DNA of 64,000 bases from NCBI GenBank assembly GCA_017396665.1, contig JAFQLH010000035.1, positions 3,206 through 67,205 of the forward strand, read 5' to 3'. This stretch comes from Oscillospiraceae bacterium (GTDB taxonomy: Bacteria > Bacillota > Clostridia > Oscillospirales > Ruminococcaceae). Under the pieces are notes generated by a model. It was not told the origin of the DNA. It did not search any database and saw only the letters and a program-made list of their open reading frames with translations. Shown piece after piece: positions 16,883-26,170 of the stretch. The first letter of the stretch is position 1. Each line of letters begins with the position of its first letter. The position numbers and the translations under genes are program-made.

Positions 16883-17809
16883 ATGATAACGATAATTGTA
16901 CTGTATATTTTACTTGGAATAATTGCTCTTATCGTTATCCTTCTGCACTTTTCAGTAAGGGTTACGCTCGAGGCGAAAACAGGCGAAAAGCCTAAAATCG
17001 AGCTTAAGTATCTCTTTTTCACAATCTACCCGAGAAAACCGAAAAAGAAAAAGAAGGACGAAGACAGCGATAAACCGCCTGAGGAATATAAATCCGAGTT
17101 TACCGATGAGGATATCGAAAAGCTTTTAGAACAAGCTGAAACAATCGACATCGGTGAGGAAGAAACAAAGCCTTCAAAGCATGTCTTTGAAGAGAAGGAA
17201 GAAAAACCGCCTGAAGCAGAAACAGAAGCTGCAAAGGAAACGGAGCAGGCTTCGCCGCAGGATAACATAAAGGCTTCGGAAATCTCTGACACTCCGCCTG
17301 CCGAGGACAACGCAGAGCCTGCCGAAGAGGAGAAAAAGGAAGGCGCAATCGCAAAGGTAAAACGCTATTTCAATATGGTAAAGCCGTATATCCCGATGGC
17401 GTGGAAGTACTTTAAGAAGATTTTAAAAACTATCCGTATAACAAAGCTCGATATCGAGCTCACAAGCGGTAAGGAAGATGCCTATGAGGCCGCAATGATG
17501 TACGGAAAGCTAAACGCCGCCCTGTATAATGTAATAGCCTTGCTCAGTAGAATATTTACTGTAAGAGTGCTGAAGAATACAAAGGTCAATTGCGTGTTTG
17601 ATGAGAAAAAGTTTGAGTATGATGTGTCAACGGTTGTGCTTGTAAGACCTAGTACACTTATCGCAATTGTATTTTGTGTAGGAGTTAATTTCCTCCGAAT
17701 CTTTATCCGTGAAAAATTCAGAGCATGGAGAAAGAGAAGAAAAGAGGAAAAGGAAAATAAATTAAAGCAAAAAAATAATGAAACGGAGCTGTTGAACAAT
17801 GAGTGCTAA
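16883..17809 (+). CDS. DUF2953/YtfI-like sporulation-associated membrane protein with an E/K-rich insert
   Basis: 308 aa with an N-terminal TM segment. Its position immediately upstream of, and overlapping, ytfJ matches the ytfI-ytfJ pairing known from Bacilli and Clostridia. The domain call is from memory. Confidence 0.55.
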   Translation: MITIIVLYILLGIIALIVILLHFSVRVTLEAKTGEKPKIELKYLFFTIYPRKPKKKKKDEDSDKPPEEYKSEFTDEDIEKLLEQAETIDIGEEETKPSKHVFEEKEEKPPEAETEAAKETEQASPQDNIKASEISDTPPAEDNAEPAEEEKKEGAIAKVKRYFNMVKPYIPMAWKYFKKILKTIRITKLDIELTSGKEDAYEAAMMYGKLNAALYNVIALLSRIFTVRVLKNTKVNCVFDEKKFEYDVSTVVLVRPSTLIAIVFCVGVNFLRIFIREKFRAWRKRRKEEKENKLKQKNNETELLNNEC

Positions 17810-18185
17810 CAATCTTGAAAACTTAGTAAAAACCGCAATGGAGAAAATTCGTGAAATGGTTGACTGCCAGACAATTATCGGCAACCCAATTACAGTGAAC
17901 GAAACAACAACTATTATCCCTGTATCAAAGGTGTCCTGTGGCTTTGCTTCAGGCGGCTCTGACCTGCCTACATCCAGCTCAAAGGATTGCTTCGGCGGCG
18001 GCTCAGGTGCAGGTATCACAATCTCTCCTATCGCATTTATCGCTGTAACAAACGAAGAAGTAAAGCTTCTCCAGCTTTCTATGAACGCTCCTAAGGAGAA
18101 TGCCGCAATTGCTATGCTTCCTGAAATCATTGATAAGGTAACCGCTTATCTCAATAAGAAAAAGGAAGAAAAGACTGAAGAATAA
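17799..18185 (+). CDS. ytfJ: GerW/YtfJ family sporulation protein
   Basis: 128 aa with TIIGNPITVNETTTIIPVSKVSCGFASGGSD and GGGSGAGITISPIAFI, characteristic of YtfJ/GerW. Confidence 0.85.
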   Translation: MSANNLENLVKTAMEKIREMVDCQTIIGNPITVNETTTIIPVSKVSCGFASGGSDLPTSSSKDCFGGGSGAGITISPIAFIAVTNEEVKLLQLSMNAPKENAAIAMLPEIIDKVTAYLNKKKEEKTEE

Positions 18186-18252
18186 TCCTTGAATTTTTCT
18201 GCGATAAACTGCACAGAATATTGCCGTAAGCTAATATACTGTGAGGTTATCT

Positions 18253-19392
18253 ATGAAAAGAATAATTAACTTGCTTGTATGCTGCTGCCTTATCATTGGT
18301 GTAATTCCGATGACTAAGGCAGAGGCTTTTTCAGAAAGCGATATCTCAGCCCGTTCGGCAATTCTTATAGAAGCTGATACGGGTAAGATTATCTTTGAAA
18401 AGAATGCATATGAAAAGCTCCCTATGGCAAGCACAACAAAGATTATGTCAACGCTTTTGTCTATCGAAAGCGGAAACCTCGATGAGTACTTTACTGTCGA
18501 TAGCAATGCTATAAAGGTCGAGGGCTCATCTATGGGACTCGTCGAAGGTGATATAGTTACCAAAAGAGCGCTTTGCTATGGAATGCTTCTGCCAAGCGGT
18601 AATGATGCCGCTAATGCAACTGCCGTAAAGGTAGCAGGCAGTGTCGAAGGCTTCGTAGCTATGATGAATGAAAAGGCGGAGAAGCTGGGACTTTACGATA
18701 CCCACTTCGTAACACCGTCAGGACTTGACGACGATACCGACGAGCACTATTCAACTGCCTATGATATGGCTATGCTGACAAGGGAAGCTATGCGCAACGA
18801 AACGTTTGCTCAGATGTGCTCAGAAAAATCTGTCTGTATAGAGTACGGAAATCCACCGTATAGAAGATGGCTCAGTAATACAAATAAGCTCCTCGGCACC
18901 TGCGAGGGCGTGAACGGCGTCAAAACAGGGTTTACGGACAAGGCCGGAAGATGCCTCGTTTCCTCGTGCGAGCGTGACGGAGTGAAGCTTATCTGCGTGA
19001 CTCTTAACGCACCGAACGACTGGCAGGACCATAACAGGCTCTATAACTATGGCTGTTCGCTCCTGTGCAACGTCGAGCTGCAGTGTGATTACTACGGCTT
19101 CAGCGTCGATGTCGTCGGTGGAGAAAAGCAGGGGATAATATGCTCTGTGAAGGGAAAGCCAACCGCCACAATATTGAATACGCAGGTCGATAATATCACA
19201 AGCGAAGTGTTTTTGCCAAGGTTTCTGTATGCACCCGTAGTGCAAGGCGAAAAAGTAGGCGAAATACGTTTCTATTGTGAGAATGAGCAGGTCGCCGCTG
19301 TCGATATTTTGGCAAACGAAAATGTGCTCGCAACACAGCCGATTGAAAAATCGTTCTGGGATAAAATCAAGGATAAATTCATTTTTGAGTAA
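18253..19392 (+). CDS. D-alanyl-D-alanine carboxypeptidase (S11, DacB-like low-MW PBP)
   Basis: It has a signal peptide and the STTK (SxxK), SGN and KTG motifs in the correct order. The start is set to ATG 18253 (MKRIINLL), with a GTGAGG RBS 6 nt upstream. Confidence 0.85.
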   Translation: MKRIINLLVCCCLIIGVIPMTKAEAFSESDISARSAILIEADTGKIIFEKNAYEKLPMASTTKIMSTLLSIESGNLDEYFTVDSNAIKVEGSSMGLVEGDIVTKRALCYGMLLPSGNDAANATAVKVAGSVEGFVAMMNEKAEKLGLYDTHFVTPSGLDDDTDEHYSTAYDMAMLTREAMRNETFAQMCSEKSVCIEYGNPPYRRWLSNTNKLLGTCEGVNGVKTGFTDKAGRCLVSSCERDGVKLICVTLNAPNDWQDHNRLYNYGCSLLCNVELQCDYYGFSVDVVGGEKQGIICSVKGKPTATILNTQVDNITSEVFLPRFLYAPVVQGEKVGEIRFYCENEQVAAVDILANENVLATQPIEKSFWDKIKDKFIFE

Positions 19393-19399
19393 AATGCCG

Positions 19400-19423
19400 T
19401 CTGCCTCGTATAAGCGAGGCAGA
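19400..19423 (+). other. Stable hairpin without a T-tract between the PBP gene and rluB
   Basis: tctgcctcg-tataag-cgaggcaga forms a 9-bp perfect stem but has no U-run. It could be a weak terminator or an RNA stability element. Confidence 0.35.
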
Positions 19424-19468
19424 GGTAATATAAATACACCGCAGGGATGCGGGAAAGGACATGATGTT

Positions 19469-20248
19469 ATGGAAAAGATAAGAATTCAGAAAATTATTGC
19501 CGATGCAGGCTACTGCTCAAGAAGAAAAGCCGAAGAGCATATTTCTCAGAAGAAGGTCAAGGTAAACGGCAGACCGTGTAGTCTCGGCGATAAGGCAGAC
19601 CCAAGAAACGACCTTATCAGTATAGACGGCGAAAATCTCTATATCGAAAGAAAAAAAGAGCTCGTCTATCTGATGCTCCATAAGCCGAGAGGCTACATAA
19701 CTACTGCAAAGGACGAAATGGACAGAAAGTGTGTTACCGACCTCGTAGAAGATATCGGTATAAGAGTCTATCCCGTAGGAAGACTCGATAAGCAGTCCGA
19801 GGGCCTTCTGCTCCTCACCAATGACGGAAGGTTTGCAAATGAAATTATGCACCCGTCACACCACGTTACAAAAACCTATAGAGTTACTGTACGCTCAATG
19901 CTTACAGATGAAACTGTTGTTCAGCTTTCTGAAGGAGTTGAAATCGACGGCAGAAGAACTCTCCCTTGTACAATAACTGTCCTTACAAATGAACCTGACA
20001 GAGCGGTAATGCTTATGGTTATAAGAGAGGGCAGAAACAGACAAATCAGAAAAATGTGCGAGGCAGTAGGACTTGAGGTAGCAAGGCTCAAAAGAACTGC
20101 TATCGGTCCTGTCAAGCTCGGTATGCTCCAGCCGGGAGAATACAGAGAGCTTTCCCCTGAAGAACTCAGAGCACTCAGAGCCGCACTTGCAAAATCAGGC
20201 CCGTCTGATAACGGTGCACCAAAAAAGACAAAAGGCAGGAGAAGATAA
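19469..20248 (+). CDS. rluB: RsuA/RluB-family pseudouridine synthase with an N-terminal S4 domain
   Basis: MEKIRIQKIIADAGYCSRRKAEEHI is the S4 domain, and PVGRLDKQSEGLLLLTNDG is the catalytic Asp motif. The track start at 19277 overlaps the upstream gene. ATG 19469 follows a GGAAAGGA RBS. Confidence 0.85.
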   Translation: MEKIRIQKIIADAGYCSRRKAEEHISQKKVKVNGRPCSLGDKADPRNDLISIDGENLYIERKKELVYLMLHKPRGYITTAKDEMDRKCVTDLVEDIGIRVYPVGRLDKQSEGLLLLTNDGRFANEIMHPSHHVTKTYRVTVRSMLTDETVVQLSEGVEIDGRRTLPCTITVLTNEPDRAVMLMVIREGRNRQIRKMCEAVGLEVARLKRTAIGPVKLGMLQPGEYRELSPEELRALRAALAKSGPSDNGAPKKTKGRRR

Positions 20249-20632
20249 GTGTTACAGATTTTACAGACAAGAAATATCGAGGCTTACAGCGAAATAATCG
20301 CAAAGCTCGGACTTGAGGATAGTATGCCATCAGTTGTAGAAGCAACCGACAACGACACAGTTATCGGAATCGGCGTCTACCATATGGACTTTGAAGCAGG
20401 TGCAGTAGTAATTGACTATTGCGAGTGGGGAGAGGATATAATGCTCCTCGACGGTATAATCAGAAGCATACTGTTCCTCGTGATGCTAAGAGGAATTGAT
20501 AAGGCAATGTTCAATGAGTCGCTTAAGGATAATGCAATTAAGCTCGGCTTTGTCAAGGATGATAGCCTGACGCTCGAAAGTATCAGCAGTGTGCTCGATG
20601 GCTGTAAGCATTGTAAAACGCAAATTAAATAA
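20249..20632 (+). CDS. Hypothetical protein (127 aa)
   Basis: The ORF starts at a GTG directly abutting the rluB stop. I recognise no motif. Codon usage is similar to that of its neighbours. Confidence 0.45.
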   Translation: MLQILQTRNIEAYSEIIAKLGLEDSMPSVVEATDNDTVIGIGVYHMDFEAGAVVIDYCEWGEDIMLLDGIIRSILFLVMLRGIDKAMFNESLKDNAIKLGFVKDDSLTLESISSVLDGCKHCKTQIK

Positions 20633-20638
20633 TGACGG

Positions 20639-20672
20639 CGAGAGGGTGTAAAGACTCTCTCGTTTTTGTTTT
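20639..20672 (+). terminator. Rho-independent terminator
   Basis: cgagaggg-tgtaaaga-ctctctcg forms an 8-bp stem with one G:U pair, followed by tttttgttttg. Confidence 0.6.
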
Positions 20673-20753
20673 GTGATGTTTTGTTCAGATGTGTGCAAAA
20701 GCAAAGGGAAAATTGTGCAAAACGACAAAGTGATAATAAATGAATATTTTTAC

Positions 20754-20782
20754 TTGCAGAATAGAGCGAAAAATAGTATAAT
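20754..20782 (+). promoter_or_regulatory. Promoter for the carboxyltransferase operon: TTGCAG-17-TATAAT
   Basis: ttgcag aatagagcgaaaaatag tataat, leaving a leader of about 80 nt. Confidence 0.6.
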
Positions 20783-20864
20783 AGTATTTGTATAGTTGCG
20801 ATTAGGCGAGGCGTATTTAAAACGTTTTCGCTTGGTCGATTTCAGTGTGAATGGAGGATAAATT

Positions 20865-22199
20865 ATGTCTGATACAGCAAGACAGAGACTGACATATTTA
20901 TTTGATAACGGAGAGTTCACAGAGCTTGGCTCACTCGCAAAGTCCGGCAACGAACTCAGCGGTGTTATCACAGCATACGGATATGTCGAAGGAAATCCTG
21001 TTTATGCTTTTTCTCAGGATGTGAGCGTTATGAGCGGTGCTCTTAACAAGACTCACGCAGCAAAAATCGCAAGAGTTTACGACCTCGCTTCCAGAACAGG
21101 TGTCCCTGTAGTTGGAATCTATGATTCCTGCGGTGCCGACCTCAATGACGGCTTCGGTGCTATGGATGCTTACGGAGAGCTCCTTATGTGGGCTTCAAAC
21201 CTTTCCGGTGTTGTTCCTCAGATTTCTGTAATTTGTGGTGTATGCGCAGGCTGTAGTGCTATGATGGCAGCAAGTGCTGACTTCGTTGTAGCATCAAGCG
21301 ATGCAGAGATTTTTGTAACACCTAACGCTAAGGTTTCTAACCTTGCAGAAAATGCCGCAAAGAACGGCGTAGTATCTGCAATGGCTGATAACGACGAGGA
21401 TGCAGTAAAGCTTGCTAAGGAAATCCTCACAAAGCTCCCACAGAACAACCTTTCACCGGTACCTATGTACGAGTATGAGCAGTCTGCTGAAAGCTTCGGT
21501 AAGAACGCTTCAGAACAGGCAAAGGCTGTCTGCGATGCAGGAAGCATTACTGAGCTTTTTGCTAAGTACGGAAACTCAGCTTATACAGCTCTCGGTACAA
21601 TCGGCGGCTCAACAGTTGGTATCTGCGGTACAGACGTTAAGGATGCTAAGCTTTCATCTGACGATTGCTCCAAGCTTGCAAGATTTGTAAGAGTCTGCGA
21701 CGCTTTTGCTATCCCTGTAATCACTCTCGTAAATACCGAAGGCTTTGATACAACAGACGATACAGAAATCAGCGGCGCAGTAAAGAATATGGCTAAGCTT
21801 GCTCACGCCTATGCTGAAGCTACTACAGTAAAACTTGCCGTTGTTACAGGTAAGGCTTACGGTGCAGCTTATATCGCACTCGCAGGTAAGAATGCTAATG
21901 CAGATATGACATTTGCTCTCCCTGATGCAGTTATCTCTCCTGTCGCACCGCTTACAGCAGTTGAGTTCTTGAATCACGATGCACTCAAGGGTGCAGATAA
22001 TACAGAGGCTAAGAGACTTGCCCTCGCTACCGAATACAGCGTTTCTGTAGCAAGTGCAAAGAGCGCAGCACAGTATGGCAGCATCGAAGCAGTTGTAGAA
22101 CCTGCTGACCTCAGAAATACTCTTATCGGTGCACTCGATATTATGGCAGGTAAGCGTATCTCAAGACTTCCTAAGAAGCACAGCAACATTCCTATGTAA
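20865..22199 (+). CDS. Acyl-CoA carboxyltransferase domain protein (methylmalonyl-CoA carboxyltransferase 12S / decarboxylase alpha-like), short 444-aa form
   Basis: It has RLTYLFDNGEFTELG, GYVEGNPVYAFSQDVSVMSGAL and a VICGVCAGCSAMM pattern typical of carboxyl_transferase domains. Confidence 0.8.
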   Translation: MSDTARQRLTYLFDNGEFTELGSLAKSGNELSGVITAYGYVEGNPVYAFSQDVSVMSGALNKTHAAKIARVYDLASRTGVPVVGIYDSCGADLNDGFGAMDAYGELLMWASNLSGVVPQISVICGVCAGCSAMMAASADFVVASSDAEIFVTPNAKVSNLAENAAKNGVVSAMADNDEDAVKLAKEILTKLPQNNLSPVPMYEYEQSAESFGKNASEQAKAVCDAGSITELFAKYGNSAYTALGTIGGSTVGICGTDVKDAKLSSDDCSKLARFVRVCDAFAIPVITLVNTEGFDTTDDTEISGAVKNMAKLAHAYAEATTVKLAVVTGKAYGAAYIALAGKNANADMTFALPDAVISPVAPLTAVEFLNHDALKGADNTEAKRLALATEYSVSVASAKSAAQYGSIEAVVEPADLRNTLIGALDIMAGKRISRLPKKHSNIPM

Positions 22200-22223
22200 T
22201 TTTGTCTATTGGAGGAATTTATA

Positions 22224-22592
22224 ATGAAAAGATATAATATCACAGTTAATGGCAAGGCTTACGACGTAGCAGTTGAAGAAATCAGCGCAGACGCTCCTGT
22301 TCAGGCAGCAGCACCTGTTGCAGCTCCTGTAGCAGCTCCGGCTCCTGCAGCAGCACCTGCTCCTGCACCTGTTGCAGAAGGCACAAAGATTACAGCTCCA
22401 ATGCCTGGTATGATTCTCGACGTAAAGGTAGCAGTAGGCGATACAGTTAAGTCCGGTCAGGCACTTTTCGTACTCGAAGCTATGAAGATGGAAAACGACG
22501 TTAACTCTACCTGCGACGGAAAGGTTCTCAGCATCAATACAACAAAGGGAACATCTGTTGAAACAGGTACAGTTCTCGCAGTAATCGGCTAA
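22224..22592 (+). CDS. Biotin carboxyl carrier protein (1.3S-like biotinyl domain)
   Basis: It has an EAMKMEN biotinylation motif and an Ala/Pro-rich linker. The start is set to ATG 22224 (MKRYNITVNGK), because the track TTG at 22209 overlaps the GGAGG RBS. Confidence 0.9.
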   Translation: MKRYNITVNGKAYDVAVEEISADAPVQAAAPVAAPVAAPAPAAAPAPAPVAEGTKITAPMPGMILDVKVAVGDTVKSGQALFVLEAMKMENDVNSTCDGKVLSINTTKGTSVETGTVLAVIG

Positions 22593-22620
22593 GAATAATT
22601 CACTTGAAAGGACTAAACAA

Positions 22621-24015
22621 ATGGCTAAGCTTAAAATAACCGAAACCGTCCTTCGTGACGCTCATCAGTCGCTTATCGCAACAAGAATGCCAATGAGCGA
22701 TATGCTTCCAATCCTTTCTCAGATGGACAAGATTGGTTTCCATTCTGCTGAGGTATGGGGCGGAGCAACATTTGACTCATGTATCAGATTCCTTAACGAA
22801 GACCCATGGGAAAGACTTCGTACAATCAGAAAGGAAATGCCTAATACAAAGCTCCAGATGCTCTTCAGAGGTCAGAATATGCTCGGCTACCGCCACTATG
22901 CTGACGACCTCGTAGAGTACTTCGTTCAGAAGTCTATTGCAAACGGTATCGATATTATCAGAATTTTCGATGCCCTCAACGATATCAGAAACCTCGAAAC
23001 AGCTATCAAGGCTGCTAAGAAGGAAAACGGACACGCTCAGGTTGCTATTTCTTATACAACCGGCGAAGTGTTCACACACGACTACTATGTTGATTATGCT
23101 AAGCGTATCGAAAGCGCAGGTGCTGATTCTATCTGTATCAAGGATATGGCTGCCCTCCTTACACCTTATGAAACAGGTGCACTCGTTAAGGACCTCAAGG
23201 CTGCTGTTAATATCCCAATCCAGCTCCATACTCACGCTACTTCAGGTCTCGCATCAATGTGTATCGTAAAGGCTGTTGAAGCAGGTGTCGATGTTGTAGA
23301 TACTGCAATGTCACCGCTCGCTCTCGGTACTTCACATGCACCAACTGAGTCTATCGTAGCTACATTCCAGGGTACTGAGTACGATACAGGTATCGACCTC
23401 GTTGCACTCAGCGAGCTCAGAAATTACTTCATGGGACTTCGTAAGAAGTACATCGAAGCCGGTCTGCTTGACCCTTCAATGCTCGCAACAGATACAAATG
23501 CACTTCTCTACCAGGTTCCCGGCGGAATGCTTTCAAACCTCCTCTCACAGCTTAAGCAGGCAGGTAAGGAAGACCAGCTCGACGCTGTTCTCCAGGAGGT
23601 TCCAAGAGTTCGTAAGGACTCAGGCTACCCACCGCTCGTAACTCCTACTTCCCAGATTGTTGGTACACAGGCTGTGTTCAACGTAATTATGGGCGAGAGA
23701 TATAAGACGGTTACTAAGGAATTCAAGGGTATGGTTAAGGGCGAATACGGTAAGACACCTGTTGAAATCAGCGATGAATTCAAGAAGCAGATTCTCGGCG
23801 ACGAGGAAGCTATTACTTGCCGTCCTGCAGACCTCCTCCAGCCTGAATTCGAAAAGATGAAGGAAGAGTGCTCCGAATGGTGCCAGCAGGAAGAGGATAT
23901 CCTCACATATGCTATGTTCCCGAAGGTTGCTCCTAAGTTCTTCGAACAGAGAAGAAATGAGAGATTCGGAATCGATAGCCACGCTGATACCGAGAAAAAG
24001 GTAATGCCTCTCTAA
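22621..24015 (+). CDS. Oxaloacetate decarboxylase alpha / pyruvate carboxyltransferase 5S-like subunit (no fused biotin domain)
   Basis: 464 aa. KITETVLRDAHQSL is the HMGL-like TIM-barrel start, and ICIKDMAALLTP and QLHTHATSG are the carboxyltransferase metal-site motifs. Confidence 0.9.
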   Translation: MAKLKITETVLRDAHQSLIATRMPMSDMLPILSQMDKIGFHSAEVWGGATFDSCIRFLNEDPWERLRTIRKEMPNTKLQMLFRGQNMLGYRHYADDLVEYFVQKSIANGIDIIRIFDALNDIRNLETAIKAAKKENGHAQVAISYTTGEVFTHDYYVDYAKRIESAGADSICIKDMAALLTPYETGALVKDLKAAVNIPIQLHTHATSGLASMCIVKAVEAGVDVVDTAMSPLALGTSHAPTESIVATFQGTEYDTGIDLVALSELRNYFMGLRKKYIEAGLLDPSMLATDTNALLYQVPGGMLSNLLSQLKQAGKEDQLDAVLQEVPRVRKDSGYPPLVTPTSQIVGTQAVFNVIMGERYKTVTKEFKGMVKGEYGKTPVEISDEFKKQILGDEEAITCRPADLLQPEFEKMKEECSEWCQQEEDILTYAMFPKVAPKFFEQRRNERFGIDSHADTEKKVMPL

Positions 24016-24023
24016 TAAAAATC

Positions 24024-24061
24024 AATCCTCTGAGGAGATTTCCCTCGGAGGATTTTTGTTT
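24024..24061 (+). terminator. Rho-independent terminator of the carboxyltransferase operon
   Basis: aatcctctgagg-agatttc-cctcggaggatt forms a 12-bp stem with one G:U pair, followed by tttgttttg. Confidence 0.75.
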
Positions 24062-24065
24062 TGGT

Positions 24066-24098
24066 ATAAAGAAGCTCTCCTCAAGTCAAGGAGAGCTT
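24066..24098 (-). terminator. Hairpin downstream of the PHP-domain gene (probable terminator)
   Basis: aagctctcc-tcaagtcaa-ggagagctt forms a 9-bp stem. The minus-strand tail cttctttat is only moderately U-rich. Confidence 0.5.
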
Positions 24099-24103
24099 TA
24101 TAA

Positions 24104-24949
24104 TTATTTTTTCTGATTTGCCGCAATAGCTCTGAACAGCTTTTCTAAATTCTCATCGTCAGTTGTGCGGCTTCCGATGTGTGTCGGTTGTTCGTTGTAT
24201 AAACCGTGGAAATCAGAACCGCCGGTAACAATAAGGTCGTATCTCTGTGCTATGTCAAGAAGCTTTTGTGTCTTTTCTTTACTGTCTGCAGTGTAGTGAT
24301 ATGCCTCAATGCCATCAATCTTGCCTGCCTCACAAAGCTCTTCAAGAAGGTCAACGCTGTCAAACATATATGGATGAGCCATTACCGCAATTCCTCTCGC
24401 AGAGTGAATAAGGTCAAGAACGAAGTTGACATCAGGATATTCTCTTGTTACAAGACAGGTTCCCGTCTCTCTGTTGAAAAGCTTGTGGTCAAGCTCACCA
24501 TAGAAGGATGTAGCATAGCCGTAGTTTACAAGCGCCCTCATAATGTGCTGCTTGTAAATACTCTTGCAGCTCTTTGTGTACTTGAGTACTGCCTCAGGTG
24601 TAATAGGATAAAGCTCCATAACCTTGGCAATCATATCATTAGAGCAAGACTTTCTGATTTCACAGGACTTAAGGCAAAGTCCTTCAAGTCTGTCCGGCTT
24701 CTGAGGTGCGTAGCAAAGAATGTGAACCTTGCAGTTCCTCTTCTTGTCCCACGCTGAAAGCTCAACCGCAGGAATAATAGTAACCCCGTACCTTTCACCA
24801 AGAATCTGAGCCCTCTGTGAAGAGGAAAGTGTGTCGTGGTCTGTTATCGCAAGAACATCAAGTCCTACTCTCTTTGCTTGTACAATTGTTTCTTCTATTC
24901 CGAGTGAGCCATCGGAAAGTGTTGTATGACAATGTAAATCACCAATCAT
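24104..24949 (-). CDS. PHP domain-containing phosphoesterase
   Basis: 281 aa. MIGDLHCHTTLSDGS and ITDHD are PHP His motifs. Confidence 0.8.
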   Translation of the reverse strand: MIGDLHCHTTLSDGSLGIEETIVQAKRVGLDVLAITDHDTLSSSQRAQILGERYGVTIIPAVELSAWDKKRNCKVHILCYAPQKPDRLEGLCLKSCEIRKSCSNDMIAKVMELYPITPEAVLKYTKSCKSIYKQHIMRALVNYGYATSFYGELDHKLFNRETGTCLVTREYPDVNFVLDLIHSARGIAVMAHPYMFDSVDLLEELCEAGKIDGIEAYHYTADSKEKTQKLLDIAQRYDLIVTGGSDFHGLYNEQPTHIGSRTTDDENLEKLFRAIAANQKK

Positions 24950-24966
24950 TGCTATACCTCCATTCC

Positions 24967-24996
24967 ATTATATAAACGCTTGTGCGTTGTTAGCAA
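24967..24996 (-). promoter_or_regulatory. Candidate promoter for the PHP gene: TTGCTA-18-TATAAT
   Basis: The reverse complement reads ttgcta acaacgcacaagcgttta tataat. Confidence 0.45.
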
Positions 24997-25067
24997 AATC
25001 CTTGTCAACTATTATAACACATTTGAATAAAAAACACAAGCATTTTGATGAATTTTAATGCAAAACG

Positions 25068-26027
25068 TCAAAACTTTGCAAAAAACTTCTCGCAGAACCA
25101 TGGGTCACCTGTTGTGAAGGTCCTCTTGTCCAGATAAGAAAGAATGTCTGCGTCGGTCGAAAAATCGAAGGTCAGCTTGTAAGCGCAAAGTGCCTGCGTC
25201 TTGACGTTGTAGCTTCGGTTAACAGCGTTGTTGCCGTATTTTCCGTCGCCAAGAAGCGAACAGCCAATGTGCGCCATGTGAGCTCTTATCTGATGTGTGC
25301 GGCCTGTTATCAGGTCTATTTCAACAAGTGCTAAAGCCCCCCTCACGTCAAGAACCTTGTACTTTGTAACAATAGTCTTGCTGCCTTGTACCTTCGTGTC
25401 AAAAATCCTTACAGTCTTTGTCTGCTCATTCTTAATGTGATATGCAGTAAGAGTAGCTTCCTTTGGAGAAGGAACAGAAGTTGTTACACATAAATACCTC
25501 TTTGAAAGCTCCCTGTCCTTGATTTTCTGATTCAGGATACGAAGGCTCTGTGCGTTTTTGGCACAGATAACAATTCCCGAAGTGTTTCTGTCAAGCCTGT
25601 TGCAAAGTGCAGGTGCAAAAGAGTTTTCTTCATCCGGGTTATATTCGCCCTTGTCGTACAGATAGTGCAAAATCCTGTTTATGAGTGTGTCAGGCGTATC
25701 ACTCTCATCCTCGTGAACAACAAGTCCGCACTTTTTGTCGGCAAGAAGAATGTTTTCGTCCTCATAAATTATATCAAGTGTCTTTGGTGCATGCATAAAG
25801 CGATGCTCTCCCTTTTTCTCCTCAAAGAACTCGTCGTTTATGTAAAGCTCCAGAATGTCGCCCTCTTCAAGTCTTGTAGAAATCTCGCAACGCTTCCTGT
25901 TGAGCTTGATTCTTTTGAGCCTTATGTATTTGTACATCAGGTTCTTTGGAAGCAGTGTAACAGCCTTTTCAAGAAACTTGTCAACACGCTGACCTGCATC
26001 GTTTTTGCCTATAGTAAAGCTTTTCAT
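25068..26027 (-). CDS. RluA-family pseudouridine synthase (RluC/D-like) with an S4-like N-terminus
   Basis: 319 aa. NRLDRNTSGIVICAK is the catalytic Asp motif, and GRTHQIRAHMAHIG is also present. Confidence 0.85.
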   Translation of the reverse strand: MKSFTIGKNDAGQRVDKFLEKAVTLLPKNLMYKYIRLKRIKLNRKRCEISTRLEEGDILELYINDEFFEEKKGEHRFMHAPKTLDIIYEDENILLADKKCGLVVHEDESDTPDTLINRILHYLYDKGEYNPDEENSFAPALCNRLDRNTSGIVICAKNAQSLRILNQKIKDRELSKRYLCVTTSVPSPKEATLTAYHIKNEQTKTVRIFDTKVQGSKTIVTKYKVLDVRGALALVEIDLITGRTHQIRAHMAHIGCSLLGDGKYGNNAVNRSYNVKTQALCAYKLTFDFSTDADILSYLDKRTFTTGDPWFCEKFFAKF

Positions 26028-26111
26028 ATTAAACTCCTTAGCCTATATTTATACTATGTCATAAGTATAACACAAATGCACAGAAATTGCACCCCCTTTT
26101 ATTAAAGAACC

Positions 26112-26140
26112 TTTACATTTATATCATTTTGTGATATACT
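26112..26140 (+). promoter_or_regulatory. Promoter for radC(-uvrBA): TTTACA-17-TGaTATACT (extended -10)
   Basis: tttaca tttatatcattttgtga tatact. Confidence 0.55.
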
Positions 26141-26170
26141 CAAAGTGAATAAATTTATAGAGGTGGCATT

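Noticed and set aside
17040-17350. GAA/AAG-rich repetitive DNA in the ytfI-like gene, considered as a repeat element.
   Set aside because: It is in frame and encodes an E/K/P-rich low-complexity insert (KKKKKDEDSDKPPEEYK...EEEKKEG). It is not an independent repeat element.
20249-20632. Considered calling the 127-aa protein a GNAT acetyltransferase.
   Set aside because: I could not identify an acetyl-CoA binding motif (Q/RxxGxG/A). It is left as hypothetical.
22304-22378. Repetitive gcagc(a/t)cctg units that could look like a short tandem-repeat array.
   Set aside because: The units are in frame and encode the Ala/Pro-rich flexible linker (AAAPVAAPVAAPAPAAAPAPAPVA) typical of biotin carboxyl carrier proteins.
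26028-26170. Looked for a LexA/Cheo box (GAAC-N4-GTTC) upstream of radC-uvrB-uvrA.
   Set aside because: Only a lone GAAC half-site is present (26107-26110), with no matching GTTC at the correct spacing.
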